Positions 50,459 to 64,000 of a stretch of DNA of 64,000 nucleotides are shown here, in pieces; position 1 is the stretch's first letter, and every line of letters starts with the position of its first letter. A model generated the notes under the pieces. That model was given only the letters and a program-made list of their open reading frames with translations, ran no database searches and was not told the origin of the DNA. The translations under genes and the position numbers were made by a program. Source of the DNA: Marsupella aquatica (taxonomy: Eukaryota; Plantae; Marchantiophyta); the NCBI GenBank assembly GCA_973895155.1, contig OZ316893.1, forward strand, positions 8,619,839 through 8,683,838, written 5' to 3'.

Positions 50459-50617
50459 CCCATAGAGGCATGACTTTGTGGTAACTCAATTGAATAGAGA
50501 CACTAATAGGTCTTAGATTCAACTATTGTGGTTGACTATTGTGATTTCCCCTTTTAAAATTTATATAAAAAAAAAGAAAAAAAAGAAAAAAAAGAAAAAA
50601 AAGAAAAAAAAGAAAAA
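50459..50617 (+). mobile_element. tRNA-derived SINE-like element, copy 3, with (A8G)n tail
   Basis: 18-bp TSD AAGAGCT(G/A)TCTTCAATGG at 50441-50458 and 50618-50635; degenerate A/B boxes; A-rich tail. Confidence 0.85.
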
Positions 50618-51597
50618 AAGAGCTATCTTCAATGGAGAAGGTTTAGAGGGCCAACATGTTCATCCGTCAGTTTGTACCAGGGTCTGATTTGCACTGATAT
50701 GTTTCTTTTCAGGACTCAATGGTGAAAACTCACGCACCCACAATCTTGCCAAACACAATAGTAACATTGAAGAACAAGGTGAAATGAACGGGGATCAGTG
50801 ATGTTAAGCCCCAAAAAGCGAGGGAGTGTATATTCTCATACCTACAGTACACAGATTGACTCATGAAGTCTGGGAGTGATTGAGGTCATGGAGCACTTCT
50901 GTGTCACTCTTGTTATCTCATCTTGTTCCAGCAGAACCGTTGTGAGTTAGAGTAAAAGCACATCTGAAGCCCTTATGGCAGTTTCAGGCCCCATTCAAAT
51001 CCTGAGTTGCTCAACTGAGAACTACGCTCAACCCACCTTGGATCTGTGCCAAAATAAATGTTGACTCACAAAACCACCTAGTTCAACAAACCATTATTCC
51101 ATCAGTCAGAGCCTGAATGGAAGACAGGCCAGTCAAGCATTCTTGCAACCATATCTTGCACAACTCATTCATGCCTTTATTATACAATTAGCTTATATCA
51201 TCAATCCATTCCTTTATATGACCCTTTGGAAGGCTACAAGGAACAAGGACCTGGTCGGACGTGAAGATGTGGGAGATGAAGATGTGTTTTGACTAGGGGG
51301 GAAAAATGCCTTTTGTGCAATTGGGGAAAACAACAGAAATACTAGTCAGCATTTCAAGTTGGATCTGTGTCTAGAAAAAAGGTAGGGATGCCATCCACCA
51401 CTGCACGCCCAAACAACCTCCCCTCAACCCTAAACTATTCCAATGCCCGGGCAGGGCCCAATGGGGACTGCCGGTGGGGATGCTCTTACCTTACAAATCT
51501 CTGCCATGTTAAAAATGTACAGTAGTGTCAGTGAAATTTATTTGGTAGCAAAAACACCAACCCATCTTGTGTCAGATAAACTGCTGTTAGACTTCTA

Positions 51598-51820
51598 TAA
51601 CCATGGTTGCACTGGAGCAGAGTAGTCTAAACAAACCGCAATTAGAGGTCTACTAACCATGGTAGAGTAGAGTAGAGTAGAGTAGAGTAGAGTAGAGTAG
51701 AGTAGCCAAACCGCTGTTAGACGTCTACGAACCATGGTTGCCCTGGAATAGAGTAGAGTAGCCAAACCGCAGTTAGAGGTCTCCTAACATGGTTGCACTG
51801 GAATAGAGTAGCGTAGAGTA
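51598..51820 (+). repeat. ~60-bp tandem units plus (AGAGT)n microsatellite just upstream of the proteasome gene
   Basis: AACCATGGTTGC(A/C)CTGGA...AAACCGC..TTAGA repeated 3-4 times; (GAGTA)n at ~51663-51704. Confidence 0.8.
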
Positions 51821-52044
51821 GAGACCTGATTTCTTTGCTTGTGTCTGAAACCTCGAGAACACAGAAACATTGTTCGAAGCACGTCTCTAACCTCAACAAA
51901 GAAGAAACATATCTCTTTGAAGCCCGGTTCTGGATTGCCGAACAATTTCGGAGCGAAGGCGTTGGAGGAGGGTGTGGAATTTGCAATCGAGAGTGGTACG
52001 AGGATCGTGGTGGTGAGGCCAGAGAAGCTGAGCATCGCGCGACA

Positions 52045-53949
52045 ATGGAGTGCTTATTTGGATTTTTGGGTGACAAGTTCGCGTTGGTGGTCGCCGATAC
52101 CTCGCAGGTGCAGAGCATCGTAGTGCAGAAGACTAGCGAGGACAAGATCATGCTGCTCGACTCTCACAAGCTTCTGGGAACGATCGGCGAGGCTGGCGAC
52201 CGGTTGGTTTCTCTCCTTCCCTCTGTTCTCGTGCTCGAGTGGCTTTTCGTCCTTGTTCTCGACCGAACGAGTGGGGAAATGAGTCAATTGCTGAACGAGA
52301 GGCCTGTTCTTTCGATAGGTCGAGCTGTGGTACGGAGAAGATCAAAAATTGAGATATATGGCTGGGAGCTAGTGCGTTTCAGCCGAGGAGTTTAGGGTTC
52401 GCGGTGGGGAAGTTCTAGAGTGAGGATTTCATTTATTTAGGGTTGGGGGAACCAACTCTTGCTCTTGTCTGACCAGTTTCTAGGTTAAATATATGTCAAT
52501 TCCTATGGCGGGAGATGTTACTTCATCATCGTTCTGTTCGCCGCTATTCTAGCGGAGCTGGTAGGGAAGAGACTATATTTTATCATTCATCAAGCTTGTC
52601 GAAGCCCCTGAAATTAGGTTGTGCTCCATTCGTGTTGAAGTAGTATGGAAATGTGGACGCGTATTATCGGGGAAAGTTAGATTGGCCTAATCTGGAGTTT
52701 TCTCCACGACTATCTGGTTGAGATAAGGTCTTGCCATAACAATGGCCGTGAGCCATGAATCGGACAAGAATTTGAGAAGTCTTTATGATAACTTCCTAGT
52801 TCGATTCTGTAGCAGGAGGGCAGTTCTTCCGGGCAACAGAACTTACAGTGTCGGTTGTTCTGGTATCGTCTCAAATATGGCATGATATCAACGGAGAATT
52901 CCTTGTATTCGCCTTCCCTAACCCTAAACTTCACACCACTACCATTTTACACAGGGTGAAGGTTATTTCAAATGATGAAATTTTTTGACAGCCAGGAATA
53001 CGAATGATTTCATCGTTGCTCTGTCTTTAACAAGTGGAGCTTGGAATTTGCAGGGTGCAATTTTCTGAGTTTATTCAAAAGAACATTCTTCTGTACCAGT
53101 TTCGCAATGGGATTCCTCTCTCCACCGCTGCTGCTGCCAATTTTACTTGTGGGGAACTGGCCCATGCTCTCAGAAAGGTTTGAATCTGCATATCACAAAC
53201 CCTACAGGGGGTATTCATTAGCTTGGCCCGTAAGGCCTTGCTCTATTTCAGAATCTAGAATGGTGCCCTTACTGAAGTAGACATCATGTGTTGTGCTCAA
53301 CAGATTTCAACTGAGCCCTTACTGTATCTGGATGCAAGTTTTTATGTTTTTAACTCAATTTCAAAATAACGCATTATGTCAACTGATCTGAGCTGTGTGC
53401 AGAGCCCATATTATGTGAATATGATGATTGCTGGGTTTGATGCTGATACTGGCCCTTCTCTCTATTATCTGGATTACATTTCAACCCTTCACAAAGTCGA
53501 AAAAGGATCGTTAGGCTATGGTGAGTCTCATTTTCTTTGAGTGAGTTCCCGATGGATACATTCTGCATCGTATTTAGAAGGAACATTCACACAGCCCATA
53601 TAAGAGGGGTTTACTTGGAACCGTTATGAACTGTTACTGGCTATTGTTAGATTTCAGACCATGTGCTAATGTCTAGAAATACTGATAATCGTTTGCAGGC
53701 GCATACTTCATCTTGTCATTGATGGACAAGTATTACAAGAAGAACATGAATTTGGAGGAGGCTCTGGTATTGGTAGATATGTGCATTCAAGAAATCAAAT
53801 CAAGGTTGATGGGTGCTCCACCGAACTTTGTAGTCAAGATTGTGGACAAGGATGGTGCACGAGAGCTAACCTGGCGGAAGACTGTAGAGGACACCAGTGG
53901 TCCCCCAACAGACCAACTCACCCCTGTTGAGGTTACTGTCCAAGCTTAG
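52045..53949 (+). CDS. PBD1: 20S proteasome subunit beta type-2 (beta-4); exons 52045-52202, 53054-53177, 53403-53520, 53699-53949
   Basis: MECLFG...[47 protein letters not shown]...LYYLDYI...[15 protein letters not shown]; GT-AG introns keep the frame; PBD1 vs PBD2 paralog not resolvable. Confidence 0.95.
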
Positions 53950-55034
53950 GCCGAAACTGAAACAGTATACACAGGTGACTTCGAAAATGGATTGGGTGTA
54001 CAGACCTTCAAGGTGGTACCCACAGTGAAGGAGGGAATTTAGGAAATCCTATAACAGGACTCATTTACAGTTTTGTACCCCTTGCCGTTTCAATTCATTT
54101 TGTTGCATTTTTGTTTGTTGCTTCTTTGGCGAGGACCTTATGTTATAGATAATTTGGGCATCGATGGGACATATTTTGTCAACAGTCAAATCCTAAATTT
54201 CGTTGCCCTTGTTTACTTTCAGAAATTTGAAAAACAGTGGCTGATACCCAGAAGTTCCATCACTCTTTCCCTCCTTGGTGTGTTTCTGCCATATTGTGTT
54301 CCAATGAATTTTGGAGGAAGATCTCCCCATGCTTGTGATGCAATCTTCTATATATATGTTACTTCTAGCCTTAATGCAGCTCCTCTATTTCTGTCACTCC
54401 TTGCCATTGTATTGGACTTATCCCTCTCCCCAGTTGATTCAACTGTGCTTGCCCGTACACGTGATCTACTCTGAGGTGTAAAGACTACACTCGAAATACA
54501 TATTTATCCAAGACCCTATGTGCTCTAAAGAAGCAACCCCTTGGCCACAATCCATGGACCAAATGACACAAAGTTTGCAAATGGGACATCTCGACAGTTT
54601 CACAACACTAACAAGAGCAATGGGTTCCTTATTTTATACTTTATTGCATTATACGGTTCACAAGCAGACCGTCCAGGTATTGTTGAACAAGACTATGTTG
54701 AAAAGTATACTTCACAACTTGAAGATACTCACTGACCTTTGTTCTTGCAATCTAGAAAGGTCCTTGCAGCCATGTTGAGTAAGTCAATTTACATTGAATG
54801 GAGTTGCATTAAGAACTTGCAAATGTTCTCTTAGGGCAACTGGGAACTTGGCCCCTAGATGTATTTTTTTTATTAGTGGCAAAAAAATAGCCAAAATCCA
54901 CCTCACTGAAAATTCTTGGCCACTTTTGGTGACAATCTGCCAGTTTACACTTAGCCATAGCCCCTCTGGCAAATTATCGTTGAAATGCTGGGAGATCTGG
55001 TGGCAGAAAATAATCTGGGAAAATTAGTCAAGAA

Positions 55035-55360
55035 ATATCCTCAGCATCTTCTCCTTCACACAAGGTAAATATCCTTAGCATCTTCTTCTTTACACAAGGT
55101 AAGTATCGTCAGCAGCTTCTCCCTCGCACAAGGTGGCAAATAGGTCCAAAATTAATCTAAGAAAATGAAGGAAAAATATCCTTAGCATATTCTCCTTCAC
55201 ACAAATATCACCAGCTACAAGGTGGGCAACAGATCAAAATGTGTAGGAATTTAGCGGAAATTTTTTTTCCTCTCTTGTCCTTCACATAAGGTGGCAAAGA
55301 GGCCAGAAGGTAATCTAGAAACGCTAGTGAGGAATCTCCTTAGTATCGTCTCCTTCACAC
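55035..55360 (+). repeat. Degenerate ~33-bp repeats (ATATCCTTAGCATCTTCTCCTTCACACAAGGT)
   Basis: Three tandem copies plus dispersed copies. Confidence 0.7.
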
Positions 55361-56489
55361 GATCACCCCCTAGGTACTTTTATCAATCAATTGTGTAGAC
55401 TCAAAAAGGTTGCAGGGGCTTCCCCTAACTAACAATAATAAAATAATAATACATTTAGCCATACATTTGCAGGTTTCTTTTAGGATTAAGATGCGCAACT
55501 CTTTGACGTTTGGGATGGGCAACATAGACTTCTTGTGCAATGTTTACATCCATTTTATGCGTTATTGTATTGTATTTCACCAATCAAATTCCAAGTGCCC
55601 CGGAGATTGCAAGAGGGACTGGTTTCACTTTTATGGTGCTTTCTGCTTCGTCATTTGTTACTCCGTCCCACCATAATCACTAGGTTCAAGTGACAACAGG
55701 GGCACCACATAATTATATTGTTTTGTCATTTATTACTCCGTCCGATCATAATGAGTCATTCAAAAGTGATACCTTGTCCACCAAACAATCTATGTTATTA
55801 ATTTATTGAGATCCCTGTTTTGTCATTGCTACACCATCCCAGGACAATTTTTGACCCACAAGTTTTTCCAAAATTCCTGGCACCTCATGTGGTCATGTCA
55901 TCATTTTCCGGCTAGGCAAAAATGTGCATGATTGAGGTTTCTGTAAACACACCTATTAGTGTTTGTGTGAGCGTCAGCAAAAATGGTTATGCCATGGAAC
56001 CATAAAAAATTAGAAGCTAAATTCTAAAGAACAAAGAGCCAGAGGGGTAAAACCCAAATGTGCTTTGGAAGTGTGTGCAGCCTTTTTGGAAACGTGCTAC
56101 TAAATCTTAGTCCTTTACTTACCTGTTGAGCCCACCCTTTTGCCTTTTGGTAACCCTCAATCTTGTAATCCACAAGTTATAATTGACATAATTGGTATTT
56201 GAATTGAAGGGGCAAACCAGAGAAACTTTTGGGGCATGCAAATAGTATTACCAAGGTCAATTAAGCTAATGAGTTTAGAATACCCTTCATTGGGTCTGTG
56301 GGATCATGTGTCTATAGGTCTGGAGCTTTGTTGTTGTTGTTGTTGTTGTTGTTGTTTTGCAGTTATATATAGTCAACCCCCCCAAATAAATAGTTACCCA
56401 ACTAGGCTTTTTTCTTTGCCTCTGTGGGATTGGCTGAATTTTGTTGTGATGAGGCCTAAAAATGGGCCCAGACCAAATTCTCCCATCTC

Positions 56490-56680
56490 TGTTGTCTCTG
56501 TATTGTTGGAAGTACTGAACAAGCATTGTCAAAACATCATTTGCCGTGTATTGTCGGAAGTATCGAACAAAGTATTGCCAAAACATGTCTGCTGTATATT
56601 GTTAGAAGTATTGAACAAAGTATTGTCAAAACATCTCTGCTGTGTATTGTCCGAAGTATTGAAAGAGTTGTTGTCAAAAC
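56490..56680 (+). repeat. ~48-bp tandem repeat, 4 copies
   Basis: TGTATTGT(T/C)GGAAGTA(T/C)TGAACAAAGTATTGTCAAAACAT; explains the repetitive end of ORF 56236-56688. Confidence 0.8.
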
Positions 56681-57149
56681 AGAAATGAATGCATAATTAG
56701 GCAACCCAGTAAATGCACATAAGAAAATTTACAGCTAGATATTTATTTTGAACACTCAGTGATTTAAGCAAACATTTGGGTTTATCATAGAGTTTAGCAA
56801 CCTCTTGTGACCACAAACTTTTGGTAAGCTGTGGTCACAGGCCTGGTATAGATAATAAACTTGCCAAATCGATGATCCAATTGGAAACGCTGTTTACCAG
56901 TCAATCGAGTCCCCCAAGTCTTCTTATTTCTCCCAGACTAATAGGTACCTTGACAATGCTGTCGACAGACTCTACTAAACGTGAAATCTGGGCGTACCAT
57001 TTTTGCTTTATCGTAGGTTTGAAGACCTATCCCTCCCACCCTCAGGGAGCTTGCAAAATTCTACTAGTAAAGCGCAATCAGAGTTACTTTCAAGAGTAAG
57101 TGCTACTTTCAAGAGTCACTGCTACTTTCAAGAGTGAAACTTCTAGACC

Positions 57150-57292
57150 TTAACTCTCAATAAATCAAAACTGACATGTGAAGGTGGACAAAAACCGTAA
57201 CTCTCAATAAATGAAAACTGACATGTTAAGGTAGACATAAAAAAAAAGACAGTAACTCTCAATAAGACAAAACTGACATGTGAAGGTGGACC
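57150..57292 (+). repeat. ~50-bp tandem repeat, 3 copies, upstream of the ABCG gene
   Basis: TAACTCTCAATAA...AAAACTGACATGTGAAGGTGGAC. Confidence 0.8.
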
Positions 57293-58135
57293 AGGAAAAA
57301 GGATGGGAGCAACCATTAACAAAGATTGACTCTAAATAAGGCCAAAAAACTAAGAATGACAACTAGGAGTGCCTCTCAATAAGATAAAATAGAAGTGAGG
57401 TGGAAAACAAGAGGGATGGAGGCAAAGCTGACCAACAATCTTCTATACTTTGGAAGATTTTTTTTTGTCTTATCTCAATTTACGTGCAAAGAAAGGGTAA
57501 TCAAGCTAGTCCTTCGAATAGAACAATCCCAAGAGAAAGGAGAGTTCTTGGATTTCACTAACCTCGGTCACAGCTCATGATTATCACTTCCATTTGCTTA
57601 GCCACACTTTTATTAGTAGGCCGGCCGACCTCCACTGACCCCTTCATTCGTGATGGTTGAATTCTCGCACTGCTTGGCAATCAGCTCGATCGTAACGAGC
57701 TAAGCCTGATCTCGATACATGCCAAGTGTGAATTCAGACTTGTATCGTTGATTTCTTTTCACGAAGTTTGGTTTCTGTTCCTAATTTCTGAGTACCTGGT
57801 TTGCGTAGTGTGAAGGTCAATTGAGAAAAGCTCATTACTATGTGAAGAGCCACCCTCCAATTCCTGCGGCGCTTTACTTATCGAACGTTTCTAACCAGGT
57901 TCTCCCGCTTACAGAGACTATATGAGCGCTCGAGTCAAATCGGACTAGGAGATGTATCCTGCGAAGCCAATTTTCATGGGAAGCAGAATGCATTCTGTAT
58001 TGCAAATGTTTGTAGCGAGGCTGGGCAGAACTTGTCATTCCTTGCTATCTGTGTAACTACAGGTGCTCTGGAGACTTAGCATACGTGGAGACCTTGTCGA
58101 CGATAAAATCTTCCGTCAAAATTAATCGTTCATCA

Positions 58136-61100
58136 ATGAAGACCGACAGGGATGTAGAGTCACAGGAAGCCACCTCAGGGGAACGTGATATCCCAAATAC
58201 TGAGCAGAGTACCTATGGGAGCTTAAAGGACGGCGCTGAAATGAATACGGCCTGTCTGTCATGGAAGGATTTGAAGCTGACGGTGGACGGGAAACGCTAT
58301 ATTCTGCAAGGGTTGTCTGGATGTGCGGAACCAGGGAGATTGCTTGCCATCATGGGTCCGTCTGGGGCGGGGAAATCCACACTGCTTGATACTCTTGCTG
58401 GTAATTTTGCCATTTTCAGACTACGCACAATGTTGGAGAGTTGTTTTTCCCTCCTTGTTGTTGGTTGCTAAAATCCGGAGTAATCTTATGTAAGCGACTT
58501 GGGAAACAACAGTGCACTTAGCTAGGAACTAGCCTTTCCGTGTCGTGAGTATGATAATGTCAATATTTAGAGGAATGATCATTTTTTACACACCCATAAG
58601 TCGCCAGAGCTCTTATAATCGGTGGGTGTTTCGCTAGATAGGAATTACTTTCTCCAGTCTGGGTATGTAGGGGCCAAAGCGCAGTGAATTGAACTTCCTA
58701 ACAGTTCTGTGACGAATCCCTTCTCCCGTCCTTTCTAGGAGCTCTTACATGAAAACGGTTGACAACGATCCTTACTTATTTCCACTAGAAAGCAGCAAGT
58801 TCTCTGCAACTGAATCTGTTTTTCCTCAACTCCAAACGTTTACGAAATTGTAGACAGTTAGCTTGGGTACGTCTAGTTCACAGATCGACTTCGTGATTTA
58901 CGATAGGAATGAGCTCGGTCTTCTTGCTGGACTAATTATGGAACGTCTTTGACCCATATATTCAGGGAGGCAATCAAGAGATTCAATTGTGACTGGCGAG
59001 ATTCTCGTGAACGGCCAAAAAGCGAACCTTTCCTACGGAAGCGCTGTAAGTTTCCAATCTTCTGAAGAGGACATGAAGCTGGGTATTTCAAATGGAACCT
59101 CATGATGTATAGGAATACGGAAGTACTCGGCCCAGCTTCGAGTACTCTCGCAGGAGCTGTCTAAATGTGAACCAAAGCTGGCCGAGAATCGTTCGTACGT
59201 CAAATAGTGCCTCAACAACGGCAGATCTGGAGATAGGATGTTTTCAAGATTTCCGCCGCCACTAATTCGTGCATGTCGTGGGCGCAGGCTTACCTAGCAC
59301 AAGACGTTGCGCTCCTAGGCACTTTAACAGTATACGAGACGCTCTACTACTCGGCCAAACTCCGGTTCAAGGACAGCATGAGCGACACAGAAACGAAGCG
59401 GATAGTGGGGAGCGCAATCGAAGATGTGGGGCTTGTGGACGCCATGAACACGCTCATCGGGAGCTGGTTCAGCCGGGGAATTTCCGGGGGAGAGAAGAGG
59501 CGAGTGAGCATTGCCGTCGAGCTCCTCACATCTCCCGTCCTGATCTTCCTGGACGAGCCCACTAGTGGCCTGGACAGGTATCGTTGGTGTGCTGACCCCA
59601 TTAATCAGACGATTTCTTTTCTCATGCCCAGACACAAATTTTGAGATTTTGAACACTGTGAATGAATACACGATTAAATGCATTTCATACCAAATGACCG
59701 GCGTGCATTTACTAATCAACAAGCGTCTGTGATGATACAGTGCCTCATCGTTCCACGTGATCAAAACTCTCAAAGGCCTTGCAGAGAGTGGGGACCGGAC
59801 GATTCTATGCTCCATTCATCAGCCAAGTAGTGAAGTATTCGACCTTTTTGATGACCTTTGTCTGCTCACAAATGGCCGACAAATCTACTATGGCCCGCTT
59901 CAACAAGCCTTGCCGGTAAGTTACTCGATCACTCTGATGACTTTTAAAGCACGTCAACAAAATACACTCACCCATGTGGCTCATAGACCAAGCGTAATTG
60001 CTAGGAATGTCATTACTTCCTTCAAATTGCCCAGCCAAGGTTCTTATTTGAGTTTAAAGTTCACTCGTACTGAGGCAAATTTCTGAATCATTTATACTAA
60101 GTTCACTCGTACTGAGGCAAACTTCTCAATCAAACTTCTGAATCATTTGTACTAACTCACTCTTACTGAGGAAAACTTCTCAATCATTTGTACTGCGACA
60201 CAACTTTCAGTTTTTTGAGAGAACTGGGTATCCCTGTCCGTCGCGACGAAGTCCTGCCGATCACTATCTGCATTGCGTAAATTCCGATTTCGATTTCGTG
60301 GAACGAATACTCACCAAGCAAGCAATCACCGCCAGGTCAGACAGGAGGCTCGGTTCCTCCTTAACAGGCACGCCGGAGCATAAGACAGCTAAGCAAGCAG
60401 TGACCGAGTTGACGGAGGCTTACAAATTGTCTGACGAGAAGAAAACTCTGGACAGCCGTCTAGACGTTGTCTCAAAGATGGTGAGTTCACAATGAGCACA
60501 GTTAATTATGCAAGGACTTGACTACTCGCGCGAGAGCCTTTGTTAGAAGTGATCATAGTTTTCAGAATTGCTCGAATTGATTCGATTGACAGGTCGAGAG
60601 TTTTTTGTTGCCGCCTGCGGCAGAGTATCGACCGACGTGCATAAGCTTTCTTCTTGGAAGTACTTCCAACTCCAAAATAAGTATATGTCTGGCGCCGGTA
60701 CTAACATGTGCAGTCACAACTCCAAACCATATTAATTAGCAGCCTGGATGACCCATCGTTGTTCAGGATTGTGGATATTTCCAGGGCAAAGGTAGCCATG
60801 CCAGCTTCCTCAAGCAAGCAGTTTACCTGACGATGAGGTCGTTTTTGAACATGAATAGAGATATTGGTTACTACTGGCTGAGAGTGGCCATGTATCTCGC
60901 AGTGGGCGTTTGCCTTGCAACGGTTTATAACAATATTGGCCACAGCTATATTTCTATCCAAGTGAGATCACGGCCCACGTATTCTAGATTTCTCCTGCAG
61001 CAAACAGTTAATTAACAGAACAAGAAAGCTTTCGTCAAGGGTGTGTTTTGCCCGAAGGGCGGTGAGATCAGTAGAGACGTATGCATTGACACTCTTGACT

Positions 61101-62799
61101 GTAGTTACTGGTACTTTGAGATAATTTTAGTTTCTAGTTCGTAGGTAATTAGGTCGCACATGATTTCAGCGGGGCGTCTGTGTAATTGCTGGACTTTTTG
61201 CAGTAGGTACCAACGCTGGACTAACGGATTTTAGGAGTCAATACAAACTGACCAACCAAGTTCTCTTGCAGGCTAGAGCTGCGGCCTTCTTTTTCATGGT
61301 CAGCTTTCTCAGTTTCATGGCAATTGGAGGGTTCCCATCATTCATCGAAGACATGAAGGTACCTATATACTTATAATATTATGTAATCTACATCGTTCAT
61401 CATATTACAAATATTAATATTTGATCGGCAAGACCTGACTTAGAATTGGGACCATAATGTTACAGTTTGGTTTTTCAAGCTGCCATAGGGTCACGCCCTT
61501 CAATTCAGCGTCCTAACAGGCCCGCGTGCATGGATGTATGTTTTGGATCCTTACCAGGTATTTCATACGGAACGAAGGAACGGACATTACAGAGTGTCGG
61601 CGTTTGTAGTCGCCAATACTCTCTCCTCTCTGCCCTTTATATTCATGATCAGCACCACTGTGATGATTTTCATGTATCCTCTGGTGAAATTCCACGGTGG
61701 TCTTGTGCACATTGTATATTTTCTCTTGTGTCTCTACAGTTGCTTGCTGGCCTCCGAATCTATGCTGATGGCCGTGTCCAGCTGTGTCAGTCAATTTCTG
61801 CTGGGAATCATGCTGGGAGCTGGATTACAGGTACGATGAATTTGCAAAGAATAGCCTGCCTTATGTATTTGATTTGGACTGTGTGCCCAAGGAGAGTAGA
61901 TGCTATTGAGCCCAATCCACTCTAAGATATTGCCTGTCTCATTATCAGGCTCTTCAGTTGAATGCACAGTATGATCTACCATAGATGAAGTAATGTAGAA
62001 AATAAAATGTGTATTGACAATCTGGTCTCACGGAATAGTTGATAAGAATTCCCGTCTTTATCCAAATTGAGGTCTCAAATTCCATTGCAATTTCTTTGCA
62101 TGTATATATGCAGGGAATCTATATTCTTACCGCCGGATTCTTCAGACTATCAGACAATTTGCCCAAACCTGTTTGGAAGTTCCCATTGTTCTACATGAGT
62201 TACGTTTCTTACGCATTTCAAGTAAGTGCTTCCCATATCATCGAGCGTAGATTTCTGAATCAGATCTAGATGAATGAGGGTTTTAAAATGATTGCATCAC
62301 TTGTTAGGTCTCAATCATGGGCAACTGTCGATCATCAGAGTTCAAGAACTTGCCATTTGTCCGTGACCGGGCTAGAGACACTGCTCTGTCTTCAATCAAT
62401 GTTGCTCCTGGAGAAAAGGTTCAATTGGGTTAACTTCAATGCTCTGAAAATTGTGTTCAAATGTACCAGGGTTTGATGCAAAACGAATTGCAAGGCCTAT
62501 CCTTCGAAGGGCTTTCTCCGGGAGATCCCCGCGTTACTGGGGACTACGCCCTCTCTAAATTGTACGACATCAAGGACCGTAGCAAGTGGGTGAACCTTTT
62601 GATCGTTGTCGCCATGATTTTCATTTACAGGTTTATCTTCTTCCTCCTGTTGACAGGACGAGAGAACTTCTTTCCTACCGTCGCATCTTACTCTTACAAA
62701 AGGTGGTTGGTCCTCCGAGAATACTCTTCCAAAACTCTAAGTCCCAAACAATCCTTAGCGTTTTGCAAAAATCCTCACGAAACTCCTTCTCCCCAATAA
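58136..62799 (+). CDS. Half-size ABCG (WBC / ABCG11-like) transporter, ~10 exons
   Basis: Walker A GPSGAGKS, signature ISGGEKRR, Walker [54 protein letters not shown]; approximate exons 58136-58400, 58966-59045, 59289-59577, 59741-59915, 60211-60480, 60767-60961, 61272-61358, 61558-61830, 62114-62221, 62470-62799. Confidence 0.93.
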
Positions 62800-64000
62800 C
62801 CACTACTGTCGTGATTTTGACCCCAATTTTGATGTCTTTGTTTTGACGTCAATATCTATGGAATGACGTTCTTTATTGAGATGTCCTGGTGACTCCGGTA
62901 CAGATCATATTACCTCCTCTGGAACACCAATTATCCAAGAACAGCCAGTTCAAAAGAAAAACCGAGCATTTCCAGACATGATGGATCTCATGAAGATCAT
63001 GTGAACTCCCGTGTGAACTTAGAATCTGCACTCATACATGCATCACAGGGATGTCTCAAGTCAGCCGTCCATACATGATCTTGAGTTCGATAGAATCACA
63101 GACAACTTCTAGATTTAGAAGGTACGGATATTGCTATTTCATTTTTATTTGTTCTAAAAAAATAAAAATTTCTTATTTTATCAACCAAAGTTTGGGAAAA
63201 CTATCAAAATTAAATCCAAAGTAAGACCATAGGTATTAGTCTATAATAAAATTGTCTGTATTTTATTTATCAATAGCATGCTCTGGTCCCTTTAATAAAC
63301 TTTTATCTTTTTCGCTATCGGGTTAGCTATTTTCTAAGATTGTAAAATAAAATGTAAAAGTCATTGGCAAATATTGACTCTAGAATCAATGTAGGTATTT
63401 TTTCATTTGGTTTTTTTTGCCATCCCAGCCTAACGAACAAGTAAAAATTTCGTAGATTTCCTCGTTTCCATGACTTAAACTTTTTCGATTAGGTTCCTTT
63501 TCCGCAGTTGAGTCTGGATTTTCTTATTCAATTTACTCAGTTTATATTGAATTTAAACTCCGTTTCTTTTCATATTTTTTGCTCCACAATACTGCTCTGT
63601 AATTTCCTATTTTTCCGTAAACCATACAATTTTTTCCATCTGACTTTGCTTCACAAAGAAATATTTTTCATTTCTGCGGAAAGATTAATTCAATAAATGT
63701 TTACTACAAGTATTTGAATTAGTTAATTAGTTTATTAGTTTACTGGTTTATCCCAATTCCCCGTCATGAATTCCATATTCATTTATTTATAGCTCGACTC
63801 TGAAAAGGCTCCGATCTCGCCTCCGGTACAACAGCTGGTTAAGCGTCATACATTCAAGCGACAGAACTTTGTACAATCGAGGGGCCGAAGGAGACACTCT
63901 TAGCTCCTTCCAACAAGTTACAGGTTCCGAACAGAGTGTAGACTGACGACACCAGCGAAGACAACACCTCCGATCGTTAGTAATGTAATAAAATTCGATG

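Noticed and set aside
50467-50540. Functional tRNA gene
   Set aside because: No complete cloverleaf; TSD and A-rich tail indicate a SINE
53140-53160. ANFTCGELA instead of the usual ANFTRGELA in the proteasome subunit, as RNA editing
   Set aside because: Plant U-to-C editing is organellar; a simple CGT->TGT substitution is more likely

Overview
Eukaryotic, intron-containing land-plant nuclear DNA, plausibly a bryophyte (inference from gene style and TE content, not proven). The first ~43 kb is transposon-derived. The last ~20 kb holds ordinary host genes: an acylphosphatase with an N-terminal extension (-), proteasome beta-4/PBD (+) and a half-size ABCG transporter (+). The main result is a ~29.7 kb DNA transposon (13011-42667) bounded by 26-bp TIRs (TAC...GTA) and a 6-bp TSD (GCGTTC/GCATTC), which is the terminal signature described for IS3EU elements. 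It carries three decayed intron-containing genes: an HTH + DDE integrase-type transposase, a TET/JBP-like 2OG-Fe(II) dioxygenase (HxD...H) and a HECT E3-ligase-like gene. It also contains ~190-200-bp tandem arrays and nested insertions: a young Ty1/copia element, a CACT-ended element, two 8-bp-TSD MITEs and a Sola-like transposase fragment. Outside it lie two MULE-type foldback MITEs, three tRNA-like SINE copies and a long intronless ORF whose stop codons are all of the C->T type. All protein family calls are by-eye motif recognition and need HMM confirmation.
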